NCBI GenBank assembly: GCA_963581225.1
Contig: CAUZMW010000001.1
Location: 3,405 to 67,404 of the forward strand
Reading direction: 5' to 3'
DNA length: 64,000 bases
Origin: Gammaproteobacteria bacterium
Lineage (GTDB): Bacteria > Pseudomonadota > Gammaproteobacteria > Steroidobacterales > Rariloculaceae
Shown here: piece after piece, positions 24,947 through 33,460 of the stretch
Position numbering within the stretch: position 1 is the first letter of the stretch
Layout of the letters: the number at the start of each line of letters is the position of its first letter
Made by a program: the position numbers and the translations under genes
The notes under the pieces: model-generated
What the model was told of the DNA's origin: nothing
The model's database searches: none
What the model saw: only the letters and a program-made list of their open reading frames with translations

Positions 24947-26923
24947 GTGACTGAGGCGCTCTTAAGCGCGCTCGCGAACTTCGCAACGCTCCAGCATTTG
25001 TCGTACCTGGGTCTTGGCGTGACGTTGGGGCTTGCCATCGGCGCCTTTCCCGGACTCGGGGGCATTGCCGGGCTATCGATCATGATGCCGTTTCTCTACG
25101 GCATGGATACGCTATCGGCCCTAGCTATGCTCGTGGGCCTCGTCGCCGTGATACCGACGTCGGACACGTTCACCTCCGTACTCATGGGCATTCCCGGCTC
25201 GAGTGCGAGCCAGGCCACCGTGCTCGACGGCTTTCCTCTGGCACAGCAGGGCCAAGCGGCTCGCGCCCTCTCTGCAGCGTTCTCAGCATCGCTCGTCGGC
25301 GGTCTTGTGGGCGCCGTCATTCTCACGTTTTTCGTCCAGATCGCGCGACCGCTCATACTCGCGTTCGGCTCGGCCGAGCTGTTTATGCTGGCATTACTCG
25401 GACTCTCTATGGTCGGCGTGCTGTCCGGCACAAGTCTCGTCAAGGGGCTCGCGGCCTGCGGCTTGGGCCTGATCGTCGGCTCCATCGGCAGCGCACCCGC
25501 CACGGGCGAGTTCCGGATGACGTTCGGCATCGACTATCTCTACGACGGCTTACCGCTCGTGGTCGTCGGGATCGGACTCTTCGCCTTTCCCGAGATCACG
25601 GATCTGCTGCGACGGAATCGCTCGATCGCCGCCGGCGGCGTGCAGTCTGGCCAGTGGCTGGACGGAATTCGAGACATGCTGCGGCATAAGCTGTTGGTAC
25701 TTCGTTGCGCCGGTATCGGCACGGTGATCGGTGCTATCCCCGGGCTGGGCGGTACCGTCGTGGATTGGATCGCCTACGGGCACGTCGTTCAAACCGCGAA
25801 AGATAAATCCCTCTTCGGCAAAGGCGATATTCGCGGCGTATTGGCGCCCGAGTCCGCCAACAATGCGAAGGAAGGCGGTGGTCTGGTGCCTACTTTGTTG
25901 TTCGGTATCCCGGGTTCGGGCGCGATGGCTGTCTTTCTCGGCGGCATGGTCTTGCTGGGTATCGAAGCGGGCCCTGCGATGGTGTCGACCGATCTCGATC
26001 TCACCTATACGATCATCTGGTCGCTCGCCCTCGCGAACGTGCTGGGCGCCGGCAGTTGCTTGTTATTGGCCCGGCCGATCAGCCGCTTGACCACGATCCC
26101 GTTCAATCTGGTCGCCCCATTCATGATCATGGTCGTCAACTTCGCCGCGTTCCAGGCGACACGAAATTTCATGGACCTGGTGGCGTTATTCGCGATCGGC
26201 GTGTTGGGCGTACTGCTGAAGCGCTTCGGCTGGTCACGGCCTGCGTTTCTGATCGGCTTCGTATTGGCGCCTCAAGCCGAGGGCTATCTAAATCTGGCCG
26301 TGCAGTTCTACGGCTGGGGTATGCTTGCCCGACCCGGCGTGCTGATAATACTCGCCATCATTCTGGTCTCTGTCTGGCTCGGGTTCCGTGATCGTCAGAG
26401 TGGCACCCAGCTGATTGGTCACGGCTCCGATGGTCCCGCGAGCGACGCTCCGGTACTCACACGCGGGCCGCAGCTAATATTTCTCGGCGGCTCCAGCGCC
26501 GTTCTCCTCTACTCGATCTGGAGTAGTCTCGATCTGTCGCCGTTGGGCAGCATGTTCCCACTCAGCGTCTCGATGGTGACATTGGGATTGTGCCTGTATC
26601 TGCTGGGCGCGCTGATATTCGGTCCCGTAGAGAACCGCGCCAACGTCGACCTTGAATATGGCGTCCAGTACAACGAGGAGACCGAAAAGAGCGGAGTGTG
26701 GGTCAATGTCGCCTGGTTCGCTGCGCTGATCGGCGCGACGGCACTATTCGGTTTCATACTCGGGACCTTGTGCTTCTTCGTCACATTCCTCAGGCTCAAG
26801 GCGCAGATCGACTGGAAGAGGGTGATGGTTCTCTCGACATCCGCGCTTATCGTACTCGTCGTGCTCACGAACACGCTGCTCGTGGAGTTGCCGGAGAGTC
26901 TTATTTTATCTTACGTACGCTAG
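24947..26923 (+). CDS. tctA: TTT transporter large permease TctA fused to a TctB-like C-terminal 4-TM module
   Basis: TctA-like N-terminus (GAFPGLGGIAGLSIMMPFLY...GIPGSSASQATVLDGFPLAQQG). At 658 aa it is about 150 aa longer than standard TctA. The extra C-terminal part is a block of hydrophobic helices. Confidence 0.75.
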   Translation: MTEALLSALANFATLQHLSYLGLGVTLGLAIGAFPGLGGIAGLSIMMPFLYGMDTLSALAMLVGLVAVIPTSDTFTSVLMGIPGSSASQATVLDGFPLAQQGQAARALSAAFSASLVGGLVGAVILTFFVQIARPLILAFGSAELFMLALLGLSMVGVLSGTSLVKGLAACGLGLIVGSIGSAPATGEFRMTFGIDYLYDGLPLVVVGIGLFAFPEITDLLRRNRSIAAGGVQSGQWLDGIRDMLRHKLLVLRCAGIGTVIGAIPGLGGTVVDWIAYGHVVQTAKDKSLFGKGDIRGVLAPESANNAKEGGGLVPTLLFGIPGSGAMAVFLGGMVLLGIEAGPAMVSTDLDLTYTIIWSLALANVLGAGSCLLLARPISRLTTIPFNLVAPFMIMVVNFAAFQATRNFMDLVALFAIGVLGVLLKRFGWSRPAFLIGFVLAPQAEGYLNLAVQFYGWGMLARPGVLIILAIILVSVWLGFRDRQSGTQLIGHGSDGPASDAPVLTRGPQLIFLGGSSAVLLYSIWSSLDLSPLGSMFPLSVSMVTLGLCLYLLGALIFGPVENRANVDLEYGVQYNEETEKSGVWVNVAWFAALIGATALFGFILGTLCFFVTFLRLKAQIDWKRVMVLSTSALIVLVVLTNTLLVELPESLILSYVR

Positions 26924-26940
26924 AGTTCGACACGACAACG

Positions 26941-28023
26941 ATGACGCAACGCGAAATTCCCTGTCTGTTCATGCGCGGTGGCACGTCGCGCGGCCCGTTT
27001 TTCGAGTCGGGCGATCTGCCCGGAGACATCGCAGTTCGTGATCGCGTGCTACTCGCGATCATGGGTTCACCCGATGCGCGCCAGATCGACGGCCTGGGCG
27101 GCGCGACCACGCCGACGAGTAAGGTCGCGATCGTCGATCGCTCTGAACGGCAGGATACCGATGTCGACTATCTGTTCGCTCAAGTGTCGGTCGAGAAAGC
27201 TATCGTGGACACGGCGCCGTCGTGCGGCAACATGTTAGCCGGCGTTGGGCCGTTCGCGATAGAGCGCGGACTCGTGACCCCCACGGCGGATGAAACTCGC
27301 GTCAACGTATTCAATATGAATACGCAAAGTCACATCGAGGCCGTTATACAGACGCCCGGCGGGAAGGTCGCGTACGAGGGCGATCAACACATCGACGGTG
27401 TACCGGGTACGGCCGCGCCAATCCTGCTCAACTTCTCGAACGTGGTGGGATCGAAGTGCGCCGCGCTGTTTCCGACAGGCGTTATCAGGGAGAAGATCGA
27501 AGAGGCAATCGTCACCTGTATCGACGTGGCGATGCCGATGGTGTTGATTCGCGCCGCCGATCTCGGCATCAGCGGCTACGAGGCTGAAGCCATTGTCGGC
27601 GATCGAGAGTTGATGCAGCGCGTCGAGAGTATCAGGCTCATCGCGGGACAGCGCATGGGCCTGGGCGACGTAACCGACAGCGTCGTACCGAAGGTCGGGA
27701 TTCTCTCGCGCGCGCGTGACGGCGGCGTTATCTCCTCTCGCTACCTGACACCGCATACTCTTCACGCCGCCCACGCCGTGACGGGCGCGATCTGTGTGGC
27801 GTCCTGCGTATCGATCGAAGGCTCGGTCGCCGAGGAACTCGCTACCTTGAATTCACAACGCCTGGGCAGAGTTCGGATAGAGCACCCTTCCGGCGTGATC
27901 GACGTGGAACTCGAAACCGCTGGCAGCGGCAAGGATCTGGACGTGTTGAGTGCAGGGGTCGTACGCACGGCGCGCAAGATCATGAACGGACGATTGTTCG
28001 TACCGGCTAACGTTTGGCCGTAG
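26941..28023 (+). CDS. PrpF/AcnD-accessory/4-oxalomesaconate tautomerase family isomerase
   Basis: MTQREIPCLFMRGGTSRGPFF and the internal APSCGNMLAGVGPFA are family hallmarks. Start moved from 26698 (which overlaps tctA) to Met82 at 26941. Confidence 0.8.
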   Translation: MTQREIPCLFMRGGTSRGPFFESGDLPGDIAVRDRVLLAIMGSPDARQIDGLGGATTPTSKVAIVDRSERQDTDVDYLFAQVSVEKAIVDTAPSCGNMLAGVGPFAIERGLVTPTADETRVNVFNMNTQSHIEAVIQTPGGKVAYEGDQHIDGVPGTAAPILLNFSNVVGSKCAALFPTGVIREKIEEAIVTCIDVAMPMVLIRAADLGISGYEAEAIVGDRELMQRVESIRLIAGQRMGLGDVTDSVVPKVGILSRARDGGVISSRYLTPHTLHAAHAVTGAICVASCVSIEGSVAEELATLNSQRLGRVRIEHPSGVIDVELETAGSGKDLDVLSAGVVRTARKIMNGRLFVPANVWP

Positions 28024-28065
28024 GAGCGACGGCCTCGTCGCGATCCTCCAGGGAGAGTCGTCGCG

Positions 28066-28881
28066 CTAGACCGGATCGACGCCGGCGCGAAGACAATAGT
28101 ACTCCCAGACTCGGTCCAGGGCGAGCGGCGAGAGTTGGGCGACGGTTGACTGTTCGATCTCGTCGTCAGTCAGATACGTGGGATCGCCCAGTCTGAGCGC
28201 CTCCGAAAGTAGCTGCGCGTTCACCTGCAGATACACCGACGTCACGACAGCCTGCTGCACGGTGGGCGTCGCTACCACGGCGCCATGGCCGCGCATGAGC
28301 AAGCAGGTGTTGTCGCCGAGCGTGTCGGCCAGGTTATGGCCCATCTCCATGGTCCGCACGAGCATGTCCGTATCGCCGTATTCGTTCTGAATGTCCCATA
28401 CCGGGATTTCGGCACCGATGATCGAGGCCGAGTGCGCAATGGGCCGCAGCGGCACAGTCGAGACACTGAACGGCACGACGGCGTAGGAGTGGTGGTGGAC
28501 GACGGCCCCGACGTCGGGGCGTGACTCGTAGATCGCGCCGTGGATCATACGTTCGCCGTACGGCCGCCTCGTATCGTTCGGATCGACACGATCGCCGTTG
28601 CTGTGAAACTCCATGAGGTCCGAGAGTTCGACGAACTCGGGGCTGAGTGAGCGTGACATGACGTAACGACCCGGATCTCGCGGATCGCGAACGCTGACGT
28701 GACCGAACCCGTCCACGACTGCCTCGTTTGACAAGATCCGATTCGCCGCCACGACGCGCCGAAATTCGACGAGGTCATCGACAGCGGGCTGCGCGCGGAG
28801 CGATTGCAGAGGCGCTGCTGCGCCGACCGCTGCCAGGGCCAGTGATCGTTCGAGAAGCTCGCGTCGAGTCAGTGTTTTCAT
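28066..28881 (-). CDS. class II aldolase/adducin family protein with a Tat signal
   Basis: Tat signal MKTLTRRELLERSLALAAVGAAAPLQSLRAQP. Metal-binding His cluster GAVVHHHSYAVVPFS and MRGHGAVV. Confidence 0.75.
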   Translation of the reverse strand: MKTLTRRELLERSLALAAVGAAAPLQSLRAQPAVDDLVEFRRVVAANRILSNEAVVDGFGHVSVRDPRDPGRYVMSRSLSPEFVELSDLMEFHSNGDRVDPNDTRRPYGERMIHGAIYESRPDVGAVVHHHSYAVVPFSVSTVPLRPIAHSASIIGAEIPVWDIQNEYGDTDMLVRTMEMGHNLADTLGDNTCLLMRGHGAVVATPTVQQAVVTSVYLQVNAQLLSEALRLGDPTYLTDDEIEQSTVAQLSPLALDRVWEYYCLRAGVDPV

Positions 28882-28909
28882 TAATTAGACTCTCCAGCGC
28901 TGATAAGCG

Positions 28910-31315
28910 CTATGCCGTATTCACCTGTAAAGGACGGTGCGACTGCGCTCGCCCGCTGACCGCGTTGACGATCATGTCCGGCGAAATCGGTGTCCGGTTG
29001 AAATACACTCCTCCCAGCGCGTCGGAGATCGCGCACACCAGCGCCGCCGCCGCGCACCCCAGCGGCGGCTCACCCATACCCTTCGCACCGACTGGATTCT
29101 GCGGATCGACGAGCTCGACAGCAGCAGTCTGCATCGTCGGTGGCACATCGAGGTAAGACGGTGGCTTGCATCCCAGGAAACCAACGTTGGCCGGCAGACC
29201 GTTCTGCGGATCGTAGATATGCCGCTCCGTCGCGGCCATGCCGATGCCCTGCACTGCACCGCCCTTGATCTGAGTCGATAGACTTTGTGGATGTAACACG
29301 GTACCGCAGTCGGTCACGCCGATGTAGTCGAGAATCTCAAATTGCCCGGTCTCAGTATCCAACTCAATTTCCATGAAGCCAATCGTGATACCAGCGACCA
29401 CGCCTTCGACGGGAACGGTGTCCTTCGCCATGCCGATCAACCCCGTTCCAGCGAGCGCTGCTACCGACGCTTTCGTGATCTCATGCAAGTTTGAAGGCAT
29501 CTCCTGACCCGAGAACTTACCTCCCAACTCGATCGCCCGCTGCGCGGCCTGTGCATAGGTCATGCTCTCGGACGGGTCGGCGGTTGCGAACACGGTTTCG
29601 TCCTTTATATCGTAGTCGTCCGGTGTACCACCGAAATCGTTCGCCGCGATCTCTTTAAGCTTTTCGATTATATCCATCGCGGCGACATAGCTCTGACGCG
29701 AACTCGAGAACGACGTCTTGCTGCCGGATTGCGTTGGACTCCAGGGAAGATGTCGACGGGAATCGCCGCGCTCAACAATACAATTATCCCAGTTGCATTT
29801 CAGGACCTCTGCCGCAACTCGCGCGGTATCGCTATATGAGTAAGTACCCAGATTGCCGACGCCGCTGTGAATATGCAGTTTACCATCGGGAGTAAGCCGT
29901 GCCAGACCGTCATAGCCGCCGCGCCCCGCCGGGTGGAACGCCTGACCGACACCCACGCCGCGCACCTTGGAGCCGTCCCGTTGGCCGCTGCGCGCACTCA
30001 TTGCGTCCCAGGCAGCCATCGTCGCACCTCTATCGAGCGCCTCGCGTTGATGTGCGCTTGTTACCGGTCCCTGGTCCGCATAGTACTTCGCGTTGCTGTC
30101 AGCCGCGTTGATCCGTCGAACGTCCAAGCGGTCAACACCAAGCTGGTCAGCAGCCTTGTCGATCAGCGGTTCCATCGCGACCGCCATCTGGTTTTCACCC
30201 GGACCCCGCATCGCGCCGCGGGGGACCGTGTTGGTCTGCACCGGCATGGCGCGAAAACGCATGGAGAGAGGTTGGTATAACAAGGTCGCGGCAGAAGCTG
30301 CAGCGTCAAAATCATCGAAGCCGCGGTAAGGGCCGTTCTCGTGCACGATATAGAGATCAATGGCGGTAACCCGCCCGTCCGCTCGGAACCCGAGTTTTAT
30401 TCGCCCCTGGAAACCCGGCCGCGCCGAGCCAACGTAGGATTCTTCGTCGCGGCTGATACGCATTAACACGGGGCGCTGCAGCTTCTTAGACATCAGCGCG
30501 GGAATGCCCATAACCGGATAGGCGTTCGACTTGGAACCGAAGCCACCACCGCAATACTCGGATACGTAGACGATGTCCTCGACCGACATGTCGAGCATCG
30601 ATGCAAGTGCGGGCATGATTGCGGTCTGGCTCTGGGTGGAACCGTGCAGATGGAGTTTTCCGTTCTCCCAATAGGCCATCGCCGTGCGCGACTCCATCGA
30701 GTGATGCGATACCCCTGCAGTCGTAAATGTCTCATCGAGCACCAGAGCAGCTTCTGCAAATCCGGCGTCGATATCGCCGAAACTCCACTCCTCGATTGGG
30801 TCGCCCATTGGCAATTCATCATCGCCGACGGCCGCGAAGTCGCGCGCAGTCCACTTCACAAGTGAAAAAGTATCCGATAGAGAACTGTAGGAATTGCCGT
30901 CAGTACGGGCATTAGGTCCGCCGGGATAGAGGCTCTGCAGCGGATCGACCGTGAAAGGCAGCGGCTCGAGTTCGATATCTATCGCCTCGATCGCCTCCTG
31001 TGCGGTGGTCTCATCAACAGCTGCGATCGCGAGAATCGGATCGCCGACGTACAACGGTTCATTCGTTAGCAACGCCTGATTCGGCGCCTTAACGGTAGGC
31101 ACCTCGTCGGCCACCAGTATGCCTACGACGCCTTCCATCGCCAGCGCTGCGGTAGTGTCAAGGCGCACGACCCGGCCGTGTGGAACCGTACTCGTCAACA
31201 ACCGGCAGAAAACCATGCCTTCGGCACGAAAGTCTTCCGCATACTTAGCCTGTCCGGTTAATTTTCCCCTCAGATCCGGGGGGGCGAAATCCTTGCCGAG
31301 TAGGTCGTATGCCAC
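28910..31315 (-). CDS. xanthine dehydrogenase/aldehyde oxidase/CoxL-family molybdopterin-binding large subunit (no adjacent Fe-S or FAD subunits)
   Basis: Approximately 800 aa with family-typical blocks (GKLTGQAKYAEDF, GGGFGSK, RGPGENQ, GMGEPPLG). The track uses TTG 31339. I prefer GTG 31315, which has a GGAGGA SD 8 nt upstream. Confidence 0.8.
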   Translation of the reverse strand: MAYDLLGKDFAPPDLRGKLTGQAKYAEDFRAEGMVFCRLLTSTVPHGRVVRLDTTAALAMEGVVGILVADEVPTVKAPNQALLTNEPLYVGDPILAIAAVDETTAQEAIEAIDIELEPLPFTVDPLQSLYPGGPNARTDGNSYSSLSDTFSLVKWTARDFAAVGDDELPMGDPIEEWSFGDIDAGFAEAALVLDETFTTAGVSHHSMESRTAMAYWENGKLHLHGSTQSQTAIMPALASMLDMSVEDIVYVSEYCGGGFGSKSNAYPVMGIPALMSKKLQRPVLMRISRDEESYVGSARPGFQGRIKLGFRADGRVTAIDLYIVHENGPYRGFDDFDAAASAATLLYQPLSMRFRAMPVQTNTVPRGAMRGPGENQMAVAMEPLIDKAADQLGVDRLDVRRINAADSNAKYYADQGPVTSAHQREALDRGATMAAWDAMSARSGQRDGSKVRGVGVGQAFHPAGRGGYDGLARLTPDGKLHIHSGVGNLGTYSYSDTARVAAEVLKCNWDNCIVERGDSRRHLPWSPTQSGSKTSFSSSRQSYVAAMDIIEKLKEIAANDFGGTPDDYDIKDETVFATADPSESMTYAQAAQRAIELGGKFSGQEMPSNLHEITKASVAALAGTGLIGMAKDTVPVEGVVAGITIGFMEIELDTETGQFEILDYIGVTDCGTVLHPQSLSTQIKGGAVQGIGMAATERHIYDPQNGLPANVGFLGCKPPSYLDVPPTMQTAAVELVDPQNPVGAKGMGEPPLGCAAAALVCAISDALGGVYFNRTPISPDMIVNAVSGRAQSHRPLQVNTA

Positions 31316-31762
31316 GCCGTAGCTCCTCCAGCAATCCAAACCTCAATGTGCCCTGAGCAGCATAGTCCTGGAAGCTCAGCGAGTAAATTACCGTTTCGCG
31401 GTGCGGTTACTACCATAAGGTCGTATTCGTTCTGTTGGCAGTAGGCTTACCCGTGGCGATCATTCTTGCCTGACCCCTCGATCCTACGCCTGACAGCGTG
31501 GTCCGCGCGCACCGATAGTGCGCCAATAGGTGGCAACGAGCCCAAGATAACACCGCTGTCAAAATCACCCGCCACAACCGCAACAAACCCGGAAATTCTG
31601 AAAACTTCGTCGCCGCCCCGCCACTGAATAACCTAAGCTCCCACAACGCGAGGACACCAAGCGACTTGAGGCGCAGGCTGCCCCTATATTTTTATTTAAA
31701 TATCGGCCATTTAGCCACCAAACTCGGTAATATCCCACGCTACAGTTTTTGGGGGGAGGAAT

Positions 31763-32035
31763 ATGTACTCGTTCCTTGCGAAGCTAAGACATAGATACGC
31801 CGCCCGGATCGCGGCAGGTTACACCATCGTCGGACTACTGATTGTCGCGGTCACGTTCGTTTTCATCGACAAATATGTGCTGAATGCGCCGCGCCCGCCG
31901 TTCGCGGGAGCCGAAGTGGATCCGGATTCACTCGGGCCAACGCTGGATCAGCCGCCCACCCCGGCAGCGGTTCAGCCTGCTCCGACAATCCCCGATGAAG
32001 CGAATAACGCATCACGACTGGGGTCCATCGAATGA
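31763..32035 (+). CDS. small single-pass membrane protein with a Pro-rich tail (90 aa)
   Basis: Strong GGGGGGAGGA SD. TM helix IAAGYTIVGLLIVAVTFVFI, then the tail PRPPFAGAEVDPDSLGPTLDQPPTPAAVQPAPTIP. The stop overlaps the next start (ATGA). Confidence 0.6.
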   Translation: MYSFLAKLRHRYAARIAAGYTIVGLLIVAVTFVFIDKYVLNAPRPPFAGAEVDPDSLGPTLDQPPTPAAVQPAPTIPDEANNASRLGSIE

Positions 32036-33075
32036 GAACGAGGCGCCTTCAAGGCATCGCATTTGGGGCATGTTTGACTCCCTTCCTGGCTTTCGCCCAC
32101 CACTCGACCCTAGAATACGATCGAAGCGTGATACTCGAGTTCACCGGTCAAATCATGCGCGTGCAATGGCAGAACCCGCACGTACGGATGCATATCCGCG
32201 TCCGGACCGACGACGGAACCGATCAGGTCTGGGAAGCCGAGGCGATGGACGTCAACAGCCTCGACCGTGCAGGCGTTGCGCGCAACCTTGTCGAGGTCGG
32301 ACAGGTAATTCAGTTCGCGGGCTCACCCTCCATTCGCCGAGCAGATGGGTTTCTTGTTACCAACCTCCTTCTGCCCGATGGCAGGGAACTACTCACGCAC
32401 TCGTCCGGCGCTGCTCGCTGGAACAACGAGGCGATCGGCAACTACCAGGGTCTGCAGGGCAGGGCGGATGAGTACGAGGCACCTGTCGACGACATCTTTC
32501 GTACCTGGACGACCGTGCGGTCGAACACTCCTGCATTTTCGGCGAATCCTCCGTTAACGGACGCGGCAAGCAGCGCCTACGAAGCGTTCGACCCTCAAGT
32601 CGACGATCCCGTTTTACGTTGTATCGCTCCCGGCATGCCAGAAGCGATGACCTATATCGGCCCACATCCGGTCGGCTTCGTTCAGCTTCCGAGTGCCGAC
32701 ATCGAAATTCAGATCGAATCCGACGATAACGTGCGCGTTATACATATGAACGACGATGCGAGTCCGGAGGGACAACCACACTCACCGTTAGGATATTCCG
32801 TCGGTCGCTGGGAAGGCGAAACGCTCGTCGTGACAACAACGCGCCTCAATTGGCCCTACTTCAAAGTCGAAGACCTCGTCGCTGTACCGCAAAGTACGCA
32901 GATGGAGATCGTCGAGCGTTTCGCACTCGATGGAGAGCGAGGGGAATTGACATACAGCTTCACAGCAACCGATCCCGTAAACTTCACCGAGACGGTCGTC
33001 GCGGACGCGTATCACGTCTGGCGCTATCGCCCGGGCGCCACAATTCAAACTTACGGATGTACCCTCGACGAGTAG
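32032..33075 (+). CDS. secreted protein of unknown function; mature N-terminus predicted as HHS... (DUF6152-like N-domain plus a C-terminal GRWEGETLVV domain)
   Basis: Signal peptide MRTRRLQGIAFGACLTPFLAFA/HHSTLEYD. The VQWQNPH block resembles what I recall of DUF6152. The C-terminal half contains CIAPGMPEAM and LGYSVGRWEGETLVVTTT. Confidence 0.7.
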   Translation: MRTRRLQGIAFGACLTPFLAFAHHSTLEYDRSVILEFTGQIMRVQWQNPHVRMHIRVRTDDGTDQVWEAEAMDVNSLDRAGVARNLVEVGQVIQFAGSPSIRRADGFLVTNLLLPDGRELLTHSSGAARWNNEAIGNYQGLQGRADEYEAPVDDIFRTWTTVRSNTPAFSANPPLTDAASSAYEAFDPQVDDPVLRCIAPGMPEAMTYIGPHPVGFVQLPSADIEIQIESDDNVRVIHMNDDASPEGQPHSPLGYSVGRWEGETLVVTTTRLNWPYFKVEDLVAVPQSTQMEIVERFALDGERGELTYSFTATDPVNFTETVVADAYHVWRYRPGATIQTYGCTLDE

Positions 33076-33460
33076 CCTAGCCAGGAAAATCAATGAGGCG
33101 GTGTGACAGTACTCGGACGTGAATCTGATGAAGACGAAACCGCGTTTTTAGGCAAATCCCGCGGCGGCATGGGAACGGTGACGCCTCCTTGCACCAAGCC
33201 AAAATCGCTAAGCAAACATATCCACCTCCGCCAATCGCTTATTGATTAGAGCGGGTTCGGTTGCCGCTTATCACCTCAGAATCCTGAGATTCAGATCGCT
33301 GATTGCGAGTATCGACATTCGTTTTGTTATGATTAATGGGAGCTACCTGTCAGCTAGCAAGTCAAAACAAATGGATTTTATTGATAAAATTTCATTTGAA
33401 AAGTATTACCCTAACAATGGGAAATCACACTTCATTAAGCATTTAAAAATAGTAAAAATC

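Noticed and set aside
31340-31500. Molybdenum-cofactor (Moco) riboswitch in the leader of the XDH-family gene.
   Set aside because: - I could not recognise the conserved Moco-motif helices or loops by eye, only a 6-bp hairpin.
- A covariance-model scan is needed.
31410-31646. 78-aa minus-strand ORF in the long divergent gap.
   Set aside because: - It has no ribosome-binding site, odd composition and no recognisable family. It is treated as non-coding.
33355-33400. Possible Fur box in GATTTTATTGATAAAATTTCATTTG upstream of the second HHS paralog.
   Set aside because: - The best alignments to GATAATGATAATCATTATC give only about 9 of 19 matches. That is no better than expected in AT-rich DNA.
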